In this document: positions 8,429 through 20,342 of the stretch, piece after piece
Numbering within the stretch: the first letter of the stretch is position 1
Layout of the letters: each line of letters begins with the position of its first letter
Source: an uncultured Bacteriovoracaceae bacterium
GTDB taxonomy: Bacteria > Bdellovibrionota > UBA2428
DNA length: 64,000 nucleotides
Direction: 5' to 3'
Assembly: GCA_964609695.1 (NCBI GenBank)
Contig: CAZSSP010000004.1
Location: 47,090 to 111,089 of the forward strand
The notes under the pieces: generated by a model
What the model saw: only the letters and a program-made list of their open reading frames with translations
What the model was told of the DNA's origin: nothing
The model's database searches: none
Program-made: the position numbers and the translations under genes

Positions 8429-9298
8429 ATGAAAATTACTTCAATAATCAACCAGAAGGGCGGAGTGGGTAAAACCACTACGGTAATTAACGTCGGTGGC
8501 GCTTTAGCTTTGATGGGCAAAAAGATTTTGCTTGTAGATTTGGATCCTCAGGGAAATTTGAGTAGTGGATTGAATATTCCGGCACAGGAAATTGAGAAGA
8601 AGAACGTTTATTTTGCTTTGGTTGGACAGAGCAAGCTTTCTGAAAACGTTTGTTCCACCGCTATTAAGAATTTATACGTTGTTCCTTCTAATAATAATCT
8701 TGCAGGAGCCGAAGTAGAGCTTGTTGATGTTGAAAGACGTGAGTTCAGGTTGAAAGAGTCGCTAAGCGAAGCCCTCAATCAATATGATTTTGTTTTTATC
8801 GACTGCCCCCCTTCTTTGGGAATGCTCACTTTAAACGCATTAAGCGCTAGCAATAGCTTCTTAATACCTATGCAATCTGAGTTTTTTGCTATGCAAGGGC
8901 TATCAAACATACTTCAAACGGCCAAATTGGTTAAAAAACACCTTAATCCTGCACTAGAAGAAGAGGGCGTCTTGCTCACAATGTTTGATTCCAGATCAAA
9001 TTTATCCAAACAAGTATATAGTGAGCTAAGAAGCCATATCGGAAATAGACTTTATAATAGTATTATCCCCCGAAGAGTGCGCTTGGCTGAAAGCACCTCT
9101 CACGGAGTTCCGGGCGTTATATACGACCCAACTTGCTTCGGCTCTCGATCCTATGTTGAAGTTGCAAAAGAGTTTTTGTTAAGAAGTCAGGGATTAAAGC
9201 TTGAGCCCATTAAAAAGCAAACTTTTTTACCTCCCGATCCCGTGGATCGTTTGGGCAACTTAAAATCCCCTGTTCCTGCAGAGGCCGCACCTCACTAA
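8429..9298 (+). CDS. parA: Chromosome partitioning ATPase ParA (Soj)
   Basis: Deviant Walker A NQKGGVGKTTT, LVDLDPQGN, FIDCPPSLG. Confidence 0.95.
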   Translation: MKITSIINQKGGVGKTTTVINVGGALALMGKKILLVDLDPQGNLSSGLNIPAQEIEKKNVYFALVGQSKLSENVCSTAIKNLYVVPSNNNLAGAEVELVDVERREFRLKESLSEALNQYDFVFIDCPPSLGMLTLNALSASNSFLIPMQSEFFAMQGLSNILQTAKLVKKHLNPALEEEGVLLTMFDSRSNLSKQVYSELRSHIGNRLYNSIIPRRVRLAESTSHGVPGVIYDPTCFGSRSYVEVAKEFLLRSQGLKLEPIKKQTFLPPDPVDRLGNLKSPVPAEAAPH

Positions 9299-9315
9299 AA
9301 GGAGTTTTAAATTAA

Positions 9316-10302
9316 ATGGAAAACGACGTTCAAAATCCCTTTGGTCTTCAAAAAAAACCAAGCGGTAAAGCTTTAGGCAGAGGTTTAGCGGCTCTTTTAG
9401 GTGAAGCTTCAAGTAATGAGGCAACTGAGCAAATAGTTGAACAAGCTGAAAAAGAAGGGCGCTTGCGCACCCTTTTGATAGATCAAATATCGCCTAACCC
9501 TGAACAACCTAGACAAGTTTTTAATCAAGCAAAGTTAGAAGAGTTGTCAGAAAGCATAAAAGAACAGGGGCTCATCCAGCCGATTATCGTGAAAAGTGTT
9601 GGAGACAATAGTTTTCAAATTATAGCTGGAGAAAGGCGCTGGAGAGCAAGTCGATTGGCTGGCTTGTTAGAAATTCCTGCCATTGTTGTTGATAAAGAAA
9701 CAACACAAGAAAAAAACGACATTGCGGCGCTAATCGAAAACATTCAAAGAGAAGATTTAAATCCCATTGAACTGGCGAGGGCCTATGGAAAAATGTTGGG
9801 ACAATATCAAATAACGCAGGAGCAGTTGGCTAAAAAATTAGGAGTCTCAAGAGTCTCTTTGGCCAACACTTTAAGGCTATTAAAATTACCTGAAAGTGTT
9901 AAGGAAATGCTGCAGTCTGGTCGAATTAGTGAAGGACACGGACGAGCCCTTCTTATGCTTGAAAAAGAAGAGGAAATTTCGACGCTTGCCCAGAGAATCT
10001 TAGATGAAAATTTAAGCGTCCGCGATGTAGAGGCGAGAGTTCGAGCGGGCTCAATTAATCCTCCAAGTGCTTCAATTCAGTTAACGCCCGCCGGATCTAA
10101 TTCGGGAGTGCCTTCTCAAGAAATTGCCGTGAAGCAAAACTTTCAAAAGAACGCACATCTGCTAGCGCTTGAAGATGAGTTGCGGCAGAGGTTTGGAACT
10201 AAAATACAAATCAGAGGAAGTGAAAGAAAGGGAGTTATTGAAATCTTTTTTTCCGGCCAAGACTCTTTTAATAGACTTATTCACGAGCTTCGCGAAACAT
10301 GA
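9316..10302 (+). CDS. parB: Chromosome partitioning protein ParB (Spo0J)
   Basis: ParB box IIAGERRWRA, HTH LAKKLGVSRVSLANTLRLLKLP, GHGRALL. AAGGAG SD. Confidence 0.95.
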   Translation: MENDVQNPFGLQKKPSGKALGRGLAALLGEASSNEATEQIVEQAEKEGRLRTLLIDQISPNPEQPRQVFNQAKLEELSESIKEQGLIQPIIVKSVGDNSFQIIAGERRWRASRLAGLLEIPAIVVDKETTQEKNDIAALIENIQREDLNPIELARAYGKMLGQYQITQEQLAKKLGVSRVSLANTLRLLKLPESVKEMLQSGRISEGHGRALLMLEKEEEISTLAQRILDENLSVRDVEARVRAGSINPPSASIQLTPAGSNSGVPSQEIAVKQNFQKNAHLLALEDELRQRFGTKIQIRGSERKGVIEIFFSGQDSFNRLIHELRET

Positions 10303-10667
10303 GCCAAGCAGACACTTTTGAAGCCACCCCTTTAGGACCGGGAGATATAAGCGCCCTTATTGGAAAGGGCTGCGAATTTGAAGGGAAGCTAGTCTTTGAA
10401 GGGATTGTTAGAATCGACGGTAGTTTTTCTGGGGAGATTTTTTCTAGGGATACCTTGGTTCTTGGCCCTGACTCCCGAGTTCGGGCTAAAATTGAAGCCG
10501 ATGTTGTTATCGTAGCCGGGCATTTAGAGGGCGACTTGCAAGCAAGTTCAAGAGTTGAAATTCGATCTACGGGTTACGTTAAGGGAAGCATTAGTTCTCC
10601 GGTTTTAAAAATTGAAGAAGGCGGAATCTTCGAAGGCAGAACCAAAATGTTGACGGAAGAAATCTAA
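10299..10667 (+). CDS. Bactofilin (polymer-forming cytoskeletal protein, DUF583)
   Basis: Beta-helical repeat pattern (GKLVFEGIVRIDGSFSGEI... VVIVAGHLEGDL... KIEEGGIFEGR). The ATG overlaps the parB stop (ATGA). Confidence 0.85.
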   Translation: MSQADTFEATPLGPGDISALIGKGCEFEGKLVFEGIVRIDGSFSGEIFSRDTLVLGPDSRVRAKIEADVVIVAGHLEGDLQASSRVEIRSTGYVKGSISSPVLKIEEGGIFEGRTKMLTEEI

Positions 10668-10745
10668 ATTCAAAAGAGTCTTTAAAAAAACTCGATGCAC
10701 CTGCTTTCATAGTGGATTCAGCTTTTCAGAAATTCAAATAAACAG

Positions 10746-10776
10746 TTGACCGTGAGCCCCTTCCGTTGTCTATATA
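10746..10776 (+). promoter_or_regulatory. Candidate sigma70-type promoter of the atp operon (TTGACC, then an 18-19 nt spacer, then cTATATA)
   Basis: Read directly. The -10 element ends only 9 nt before the ATG at 10786, and there is no SD in between. Confidence 0.35.
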
Positions 10777-10785
10777 GGCAACGAG

Positions 10786-11265
10786 ATGTCAGCATCTATT
10801 CTCCAACAATTGGGTGTCAACGAAACGTTTTTCCTCATGTTAGGCGTTTTTGTTGTTCTATATTTTCTTAATAGTTTTATTTCTTTAAAACCATTAACTG
10901 AACTTTTGGTTGAGCGTGATCACAGAACGCATGGAAGAGAAGTTGAAATTAAAGACATTCGAGAAGAGTTGTCGAAAATTGAAATAACTCTAAATGCAGA
11001 GCTTAAAAAAGCACAAAGCATTGCCAGCGCTAGGTTTTCTCAGTGCAGAAGCGAAGCGCTTGAGTCTCAAAGAAACATTATTCAAAACGCCAGAGGTCAG
11101 GCCATCAAAGATATTAATGCTTTGAAGGACAAGCTTCAGGGTGATTTTAAAAACGACGTTGAAAAACTAAAGCCCCATGTAGACCAATTTGCACAGCTCA
11201 TTGTTGAGCGTTTTTTAGCAACCCGGTCTAGTGGAAGTGGCGCTCAAACTCAGCAGGAGGTTTAA
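10786..11265 (+). CDS. F0F1 ATP synthase subunit b' (b-type stalk subunit)
   Basis: Single N-terminal TM followed by a long charged helix. First gene of the atp operon. Confidence 0.8.
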   Translation: MSASILQQLGVNETFFLMLGVFVVLYFLNSFISLKPLTELLVERDHRTHGREVEIKDIREELSKIEITLNAELKKAQSIASARFSQCRSEALESQRNIIQNARGQAIKDINALKDKLQGDFKNDVEKLKPHVDQFAQLIVERFLATRSSGSGAQTQQEV

Positions 11266-11267
11266 AG

Positions 11268-11807
11268 ATGTCTGTAGCTGAAACTGCTCATCACGCAACT
11301 TCTCACTGGTCTGTTAGTGAGTGGTATGCCTTGGCTCACGTAGCGATAGTGGCTTCAATTGTTGTTTTAGCGGGCAAGGCGGGAATTCGTTCTGCTCTTA
11401 AAGGCAGACAGGCCGACTTGTCTAAAAAGCTTGTTGATACAAAAAGAGAATTAAAAGAACTTCAAAAACAAATTGAAACTTCTAGATTAGAGATTTCACA
11501 AATCGAAAACACAAAGGCAACTTTAATTGCTGGAGTTGAGGACGAAGGTAGAAAATTAAAAGAGAAACTTTTGTTTGAGGCAGAGGCTACAGCGAAAAGA
11601 ATATTAGAAGACGCACGTTTAGCTCAAGAAAACGAACTTAAAGATGTGCAGTCAAAAATTCGACATGAAATTGTAAGTGCTTCTATTGAGCGTGGTTTAG
11701 AAAAATTAAAAGAAGATCAAAAAAACAACGGAGAGCTTGGCAGGCAAATTCATAAAAAGCTTGTTGATAAATTTGTTAGCGATGTTTCTAGGGTGATTCA
11801 TGTCTAG
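11268..11807 (+). CDS. atpF: F0F1 ATP synthase subunit b
   Basis: N-terminal TM (ALAHVAIVASIVVLAG) plus a long charged helix. Lies immediately upstream of the delta subunit gene. Confidence 0.8.
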   Translation: MSVAETAHHATSHWSVSEWYALAHVAIVASIVVLAGKAGIRSALKGRQADLSKKLVDTKRELKELQKQIETSRLEISQIENTKATLIAGVEDEGRKLKEKLLFEAEATAKRILEDARLAQENELKDVQSKIRHEIVSASIERGLEKLKEDQKNNGELGRQIHKKLVDKFVSDVSRVIHV

Positions 11808-12351
11808 TTCAAGCACTCTTGCAAAAAGATACGCACGCGCTCTGTGGGGTTCTGTCGAAAACGGTGGAGCTGATAAGTTGTTGGCCGAGTTTAAGGCCGT
11901 TACCGAAATATTTGATTCTAATGCTGAACTTAAAAATTTGGCCTTAAGCCCAGCTTTTAGCTTGGATGAAAAAAACAAGTTGCTTGCTGAGCTTCTTGAA
12001 AAGGCCGGAGCTTCTGCAAAGTTAAAAGACTTTATTACAATCCTAGTTCAAAGAGAGCGCTTTGAGCTTCTGTCAAAAATTTATGAAGAGTTTCGTTTAG
12101 AGTATCTTCAGGCCAATAAAGTAAAAGAAGCCGTGGTCGAAAGTGCTTACGATCTAAGCGAAAAAGAACGCGAGCAAATTTCAAAGTTATTAGAAGCGGC
12201 CCTCGATTCAAGAGTTCAACTTGTTGTAAAGGTTGAGCCCTCTCTAATCGCGGGTTTACGGGTTGATGTTGATGGTAGAACTATTGATGCCACAATAAGA
12301 GCCAATGTTGATTTATTAAAAAAAGAGCTTCTTTCATTAGAAGCAAACTAA
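11800..12351 (+). CDS. atpH: F0F1 ATP synthase subunit delta (OSCP)
   Basis: LAKRYARAL N-terminus, LIAGLRVDVDGRTIDATIR C-terminus, and position in the operon. Confidence 0.9.
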   Translation: MSSSSTLAKRYARALWGSVENGGADKLLAEFKAVTEIFDSNAELKNLALSPAFSLDEKNKLLAELLEKAGASAKLKDFITILVQRERFELLSKIYEEFRLEYLQANKVKEAVVESAYDLSEKEREQISKLLEAALDSRVQLVVKVEPSLIAGLRVDVDGRTIDATIRANVDLLKKELLSLEAN

Positions 12352-12368
12352 GGAGTTAAGGAGAATCT

Positions 12369-13886
12369 ATGCAACAGATCAGAGCGGAAGAAATCAGCGC
12401 GATCATCAAGCGACAAATCGCTGACTTTCAAACTCGTCTTGAACAAAGTGAAACCGGAACCGTTTTGGCCGTAGGAGATGGCGTTGCCCGTATCCATGGT
12501 CTTGAAAATTGTATGAGCGGTGAAATGGTGGAATTTAGCGGTGGTCTTAAGGGCTTAGCTCTTAACCTTGAAGAAGGAAATGTGGGCGTCGCGATTTTCG
12601 GTAAAGACGATTCTGTTAAAGAAGGCGATACCGTAAAGAGAACTGGAAAAATTCTTCAAGTTCCTGTTGGTGAAGTTATGGCGGGAAGAGTGGTTAACGC
12701 CATTGGAGAGCCCATCGACGGTAAGGGCGCTATTCAAGCTAAAGAATTCAAAGTTGTAGAAACAAAAGCTCCGGGAATTGTTAAGCGTCAGCCAGTTAAA
12801 GAACCTCTTCAAACGGGCATCAAAATTATTGACGCCCTAATTCCGATTGGTCGGGGTCAGCGTGAGTTGATCATTGGTGACCGACAAACTGGAAAAACTG
12901 CGATTGCTCTCGATACAATTATTAATCAAAAGGGCAAAAACGTATTTTGTATTTATGTAGCCATTGGCCAAAAACAATCTACCATTGCAAACGTAGTTGA
13001 AAAACTTCGTGCCGCAGGCGCGCTAGAATATACAACTATTGTTGTGGCCTCAGCTTCAGAAGCGGCGCCTCTTCAATATATTGCTCCTTATACTGGTGCT
13101 TCAATTGGTGAATGGTATCGCGACAACGGTAAGCACGCGCTTATTGTTTACGATGACTTAACAAAACAAGCTCAAGCTTATCGTCAGCTCTCATTATTGC
13201 TTCGCCGACCACCTGGACGCGAAGCTTATCCTGGTGACGTTTTCTACATTCACTCTAGATTGTTAGAGCGTGCCGCTAAATTGAGTAAAGAAGAAGGCGG
13301 CGGTTCTTTGACGGCACTTCCTATTATCGAAACTCAAGCGGGCGACGTGTCTGCTTATATTCCTACAAACGTAATTTCTATTACTGATGGACAAATTTTC
13401 TTGGAAGCTGATTTGTTTTATTCAGGAATTAGACCTGCTGTAAACGCGGGTCTTTCTGTAAGTCGCGTGGGCGGTTCGGCTCAAATTAAAGCCATGAAAA
13501 AAGTTGCGGGTCCATTGCGTCTTGAGCTTGCTCAGTTCCGTGAGCTTGCAGCATTTGCTGCTTTCGGTTCGGATTTGGATGCAGCTACTAAAAGACAACT
13601 TGATCGAGGCGTTCGTCTTCAAGAAATCTTGAAGCAGGGACAATATGCACCGATGGACGTTAGTAAACAAACCATCGTTATTTATGCAGTAACACAAGGT
13701 TATCTCGACAAAGTTCCAGCAAACAAAGTGAAGGAGTTCGAAGAACAACTTCTTTCCTATGTAGACAGCCGTGGACAAGATGTTTTGGCAGCTTTAGTTA
13801 AAACTCAAGCCGTTGATAATGAGACTCAACCTCTAATTAACAAAATGCTTGAAACTTTCACTAAACAATTTTCAGCCCAGGCTTAG
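12369..13886 (+). CDS. atpA: F0F1 ATP synthase subunit alpha
   Basis: Walker [10 protein letters not shown], 505 aa, conserved throughout. Confidence 0.97.
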   Translation: MQQIRAEEISAIIKRQIADFQTRLEQSETGTVLAVGDGVARIHGLENCMSGEMVEFSGGLKGLALNLEEGNVGVAIFGKDDSVKEGDTVKRTGKILQVPVGEVMAGRVVNAIGEPIDGKGAIQAKEFKVVETKAPGIVKRQPVKEPLQTGIKIIDALIPIGRGQRELIIGDRQTGKTAIALDTIINQKGKNVFCIYVAIGQKQSTIANVVEKLRAAGALEYTTIVVASASEAAPLQYIAPYTGASIGEWYRDNGKHALIVYDDLTKQAQAYRQLSLLLRRPPGREAYPGDVFYIHSRLLERAAKLSKEEGGGSLTALPIIETQAGDVSAYIPTNVISITDGQIFLEADLFYSGIRPAVNAGLSVSRVGGSAQIKAMKKVAGPLRLELAQFRELAAFAAFGSDLDAATKRQLDRGVRLQEILKQGQYAPMDVSKQTIVIYAVTQGYLDKVPANKVKEFEEQLLSYVDSRGQDVLAALVKTQAVDNETQPLINKMLETFTKQFSAQA

Positions 13887-13908
13887 TTAAAGAGGAGCGC
13901 TTAGAAAC

Positions 13909-16680
<2,772 letters not shown>

Positions 16681-16709
16681 AGTTTCATAGGTGTTTTGAG
16701 GGGGAAAAA

Positions 16710-17204
16710 ATGAAATCAATAATTTTTAGTGCATTCAGTGTATTAGCCATCAATTCTTTTGCGGGAGTTGAATGTGTTGGGGAAACCGCAAAAGAGGGAA
16801 AAATTATTCGAGTTTCAATAAATACAGTTGGGACTATGGGATATGTTCAAAAGGGTAGCGTTCAGATACTAGACAAAACTTTGACGAGTCTTGCTAGTTA
16901 CGAATTAGAAAAGGAAGAAATTCCACAATATTTCGAAGGCTGCATTGATGATGATTGCGAAAAAAACGGAGCTATAATCGGTCTCCAAGCCTATGAAGAT
17001 GCTAATTATAACGTATCAATAAGATATTTTGCTAAGGACTATTCTTTTGAATCCAGAGATTTAGTTGATGTTCTTCGCGATAAAAAGCGAGTAAAAAAAG
17101 CAGGAAATTCGATGCGAGTTTGGAAGGGCGATCAAACACTTCCATATGAAAACTCTTTTTATATTTTTAAAGACATCGTCTGTAGTTTAGATCACGACGT
17201 TTAA
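16710..17204 (+). CDS. Hypothetical secreted protein
   Basis: Signal peptide MKSIIFSAFSVLAINSFAG, GAGGGGG SD, no family recognised. Confidence 0.55.
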   Translation: MKSIIFSAFSVLAINSFAGVECVGETAKEGKIIRVSINTVGTMGYVQKGSVQILDKTLTSLASYELEKEEIPQYFEGCIDDDCEKNGAIIGLQAYEDANYNVSIRYFAKDYSFESRDLVDVLRDKKRVKKAGNSMRVWKGDQTLPYENSFYIFKDIVCSLDHDV

Positions 17205-17968
17205 GCAACTCTTCTAACTTTTCTGTGATCAACAGGAGAGCTAAACGCATGTCCAGATATTTGCGATTCGTTTCCTCGATATTTTTCTCTTAAACGAATG
17301 GCTAAGCTTAAACAAAAAACTAAACTTACGGCGAGTGGGTCAAACACAAGAACGAATACAAGGATTAAATATTTAACGACTGTATCAACGTCTTTACCAA
17401 GTGCCTCGGCCAAATAAATAATAGGACCAATTTTGCTTTGAGTGTTTAGCATCTTAAGTTTTAATTGAGCGGCTTCTTCAAGTAACGCATTAGATTTATT
17501 TCTAAGTTCATTGATTCTAGGAGAATATTTTCTTTCATATTCAAACTTTCTCGACATTCGGCTTCTTGGAATTTCGTCAATAAAGCGTCGAAGTTCAGCA
17601 ATTTGAAGCAGAACTCGATCATTTTCTTCGTTTAAACTTTGAGCCTGAAGGGTCTGCGTCTTTAAAGAAAAAGAAGACTTTTGGTAGGCATTTGAAAGAT
17701 ATCCGAAAATTCCAATACTAGTAATTGAAACAAGAGTAATAACTGCAAAGCTTAAATAAGCTCGTAAAGGTGTATGAATATGACCCCAGTATCTATAAAG
17801 AAAACCAGTAACGACTAATTTTGCAAATTCTAAAGCAGCGGCCATAAAGGCTACTGATGCTGAGGCTCCAGAAAAAAGTTGAGCAAGTCCAAAAATTGAA
17901 AAGGCAGCACCTGTTCCAGCAATCACAAAAGAAGCTACAAAAAGTAACCTAATATAGAGCTTACTCAT
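17201..17968 (-). CDS. Hypothetical integral membrane protein: three N-terminal TMs, central coiled coil, C-terminal TM
   Basis: 255-aa ORF with AGGGG SD, hydrophobic segments and a heptad-like stretch (QAQSLNEENDRVLLQIAELRRFIDEI). No family recognised with confidence. Confidence 0.6.
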   Translation of the reverse strand: MSKLYIRLLFVASFVIAGTGAAFSIFGLAQLFSGASASVAFMAAALEFAKLVVTGFLYRYWGHIHTPLRAYLSFAVITLVSITSIGIFGYLSNAYQKSSFSLKTQTLQAQSLNEENDRVLLQIAELRRFIDEIPRSRMSRKFEYERKYSPRINELRNKSNALLEEAAQLKLKMLNTQSKIGPIIYLAEALGKDVDTVVKYLILVFVLVFDPLAVSLVFCLSLAIRLREKYRGNESQISGHAFSSPVDHRKVRRVA

Positions 17969-18088
17969 CCCCTAGCCTTTCGGATTTTTAGACTTAAAAC
18001 TTGATTAAGCAATAGACGCGTGGCGTCGCGCTCCTCGTCTGTACCATGGGGGTCGCTAATCTGGTATAAAAAATGCTTAGGAAAATGA

Positions 18089-19471
18089 ATGGCTAAGCAA
18101 CAAACAATTTATATTTGCCAACAATGTGGTGCCACTAGTCCTCGTTGGCAGGGAAAGTGCTTTGATTGCAGTGCTTGGAATTCTTTTACAGAAGAAAAAG
18201 TTTCAACTTCAAAAGGAAAAACTACCGAACGAGCAGGCTTAACATCAACCGAAGGTGTTCGCGGCCTATTTGAATTTTCTAATGAAATGGCCGGAAATGA
18301 ATTGGGTAGAAGAATGTCTTCTGGTTTTCCTGAGATTGATAGAGTTTTAGGTGGTGGATTTCTTGAAGGTTCATTAGTTTTATTTGGCGGTGATCCCGGT
18401 GTTGGAAAATCTACATTGCTTCTTCAAATTGTCGGTCAACTCGCGCAGAAACATTCTGTATTATATGTGAGCGGAGAAGAATCGGGTCACCAAGTAGCCG
18501 CAAGAGCTGTTCGCTTGAAGGTTCCTAAATCAGATAATTTAGAGTTTTTGGCAACCTCTAATCTAGAGGAAGCGCTAGAAGCCTGTTCAAAAACGAAACC
18601 TGTTTTTGCGGTTATAGATTCCGTGCAAACATTAAATAGTCGAGAATTAGAAAGTGCTGCAGGTACGGTTTCTCAAGTAAGAGAAGTGACTCAAAGATTT
18701 CTTGATTTTGCTAAAACTCAAAATGTTTGTGTGGCACTTGTTGGTCATGTCACTAAAGAAGGACAAATTGCTGGACCTAAACTTTTAGAGCACATGGTGG
18801 ATGGAGTTTTCTTTTTTGAGCAAGCCAATCAAGGAGCCTATCGCTTGCTTAAATCATATAAAAACAGATTTGGTTCGGTTCATGAGTTGGCTGTTTTAGA
18901 AATGCAAAGTCGAGGTTTGGTTGAAGTGGCTAATCCTTCACAGCGATTTTTAGAGGAAAGAAACACAAGTGCGGCCGGTTCAGCCATCGTTGCTCAAGTA
19001 GATGGCTCGCGAGCCTTACTTACCGAAGTGCAGGCTCTGACTCAAAGGTGTTATCAAGGTTTTCCGAGGAGAACTTCTCAAGGAATTGATCAAAACAGAG
19101 TGAGTGTATTGCTTGCCGTTTTAGAAAAATATTTGGAAATGAATTTTTCCCAAGAAGATGTTTATTGCAAGGTGGCTTCAGGAGAGAAAATTGTTGAAGC
19201 TGCAGCAGATCTTCCCCTAGCCTTTTCTCTTGTTTCTGCAATTTTAGGAAGACCACTACCTTCTGATCTTTTGTTGGTTGGAGAGGTGGGTTTGGGAGGA
19301 GAACTTCGATCGGTTCCCGCAATTGCTCCTCGATTGAAAGAAGCTAAAAGCGTAGGAATTCGTAGAGCTATAATTCCACATTGGAACTCCAAAGAACTTG
19401 AAAAAGTTGATGGCATCGAACTCATTGTTTGCAAAAACATCTCTGAAGTTAATTCAAAACTCTTCAATTAA
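18089..19471 (+). CDS. radA: DNA repair protein RadA (Sms)
   Basis: N-terminal Zn finger CQQCGATSPRWQGKCFDCSAWNS, Walker A GDPGVGKST, KNRFG motif, Lon-like C-terminus. Confidence 0.95.
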   Translation: MAKQQTIYICQQCGATSPRWQGKCFDCSAWNSFTEEKVSTSKGKTTERAGLTSTEGVRGLFEFSNEMAGNELGRRMSSGFPEIDRVLGGGFLEGSLVLFGGDPGVGKSTLLLQIVGQLAQKHSVLYVSGEESGHQVAARAVRLKVPKSDNLEFLATSNLEEALEACSKTKPVFAVIDSVQTLNSRELESAAGTVSQVREVTQRFLDFAKTQNVCVALVGHVTKEGQIAGPKLLEHMVDGVFFFEQANQGAYRLLKSYKNRFGSVHELAVLEMQSRGLVEVANPSQRFLEERNTSAAGSAIVAQVDGSRALLTEVQALTQRCYQGFPRRTSQGIDQNRVSVLLAVLEKYLEMNFSQEDVYCKVASGEKIVEAAADLPLAFSLVSAILGRPLPSDLLLVGEVGLGGELRSVPAIAPRLKEAKSVGIRRAIIPHWNSKELEKVDGIELIVCKNISEVNSKLFN

Positions 19472-20319
19472 GGCAAATCGTCTCGATCAATTTTCATGCC
19501 CTTAAGACTTATGTTTTTTCTTAATTTTAATTCGTGAAGAATTTTTTTCTGCAAATCGTGACGAATTTTTTTAGAAAACGCGACAATTTTTTTGTTGTCG
19601 TTTAAATCTTCTTTCGAAAGTGAAGAAGTATCAATTGGCGGAAAAAACTTAATAGTCCATTGAACAGGAAAAGGAATTAAATTTAAGGGCAAGGGAATAG
19701 GTAGGCCAAAATATTTTTTTAAATAATTAATTTGTCCGAGGGTAATATTGCTCTCCTCCGCGCCTAATACAATTGCGGGTATAATGGGCGCACCCGTCAT
19801 TACGGATAAGCGAATAAAACCTCTTCTAAAATCTCTAAGCTGGTATCTTTTTGATGAAACTTTAAAGTTTCCTTCTTCTCCTTCCGGAAACATTAAAAGC
19901 AGTTGGTCTTTTTCTAGTGATTGTTGAGCCGCTTCGAGGCGAGCCTCAACAAAGCCCACGTTGGGAGATATTTTCTTTAAAAAAGGAAGAGAAAACCACA
20001 AGCGATGAGTCATGATTCTAGGATGTCTTTGCGTGCTTTCTCTTATGTGTTGAGCCAGCATTAAAGCGTCAAAACCCGCAAAGCCTGAGTGATTAGAAAT
20101 AACAATAGCCCGACCTTCTCGTGGTAGATGTTCGGAACCACTGACTTGAACTTTGAAATAACTATTTAAAAGCTTAAGAGACCAAATCGGTAATGATTTG
20201 TATAGAAACTCATCCTTCTCTTGTTGGCTTGCGCTTTTAAGAAGATCTGCAATATTTTCTACCGAACGATTTATCCAAGCTTTCATAGAAGAAGAAAATC
20301 CCTCACTTGTTTTATACAC
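19468..20319 (-). CDS. Lysophospholipid (1-acyl-sn-glycerol-3-phosphate) acyltransferase, PlsC family
   Basis: HX4D motif NHSGFAGFD and FPEGEEG block. GTG start at 20319, alternative ATG at 20286. Confidence 0.75.
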   Translation of the reverse strand: MYKTSEGFSSSMKAWINRSVENIADLLKSASQQEKDEFLYKSLPIWSLKLLNSYFKVQVSGSEHLPREGRAIVISNHSGFAGFDALMLAQHIRESTQRHPRIMTHRLWFSLPFLKKISPNVGFVEARLEAAQQSLEKDQLLLMFPEGEEGNFKVSSKRYQLRDFRRGFIRLSVMTGAPIIPAIVLGAEESNITLGQINYLKKYFGLPIPLPLNLIPFPVQWTIKFFPPIDTSSLSKEDLNDNKKIVAFSKKIRHDLQKKILHELKLRKNISLKGMKIDRDDLP

Positions 20320-20342
20320 CTAAATGAGTTTTAAAAGAACAC

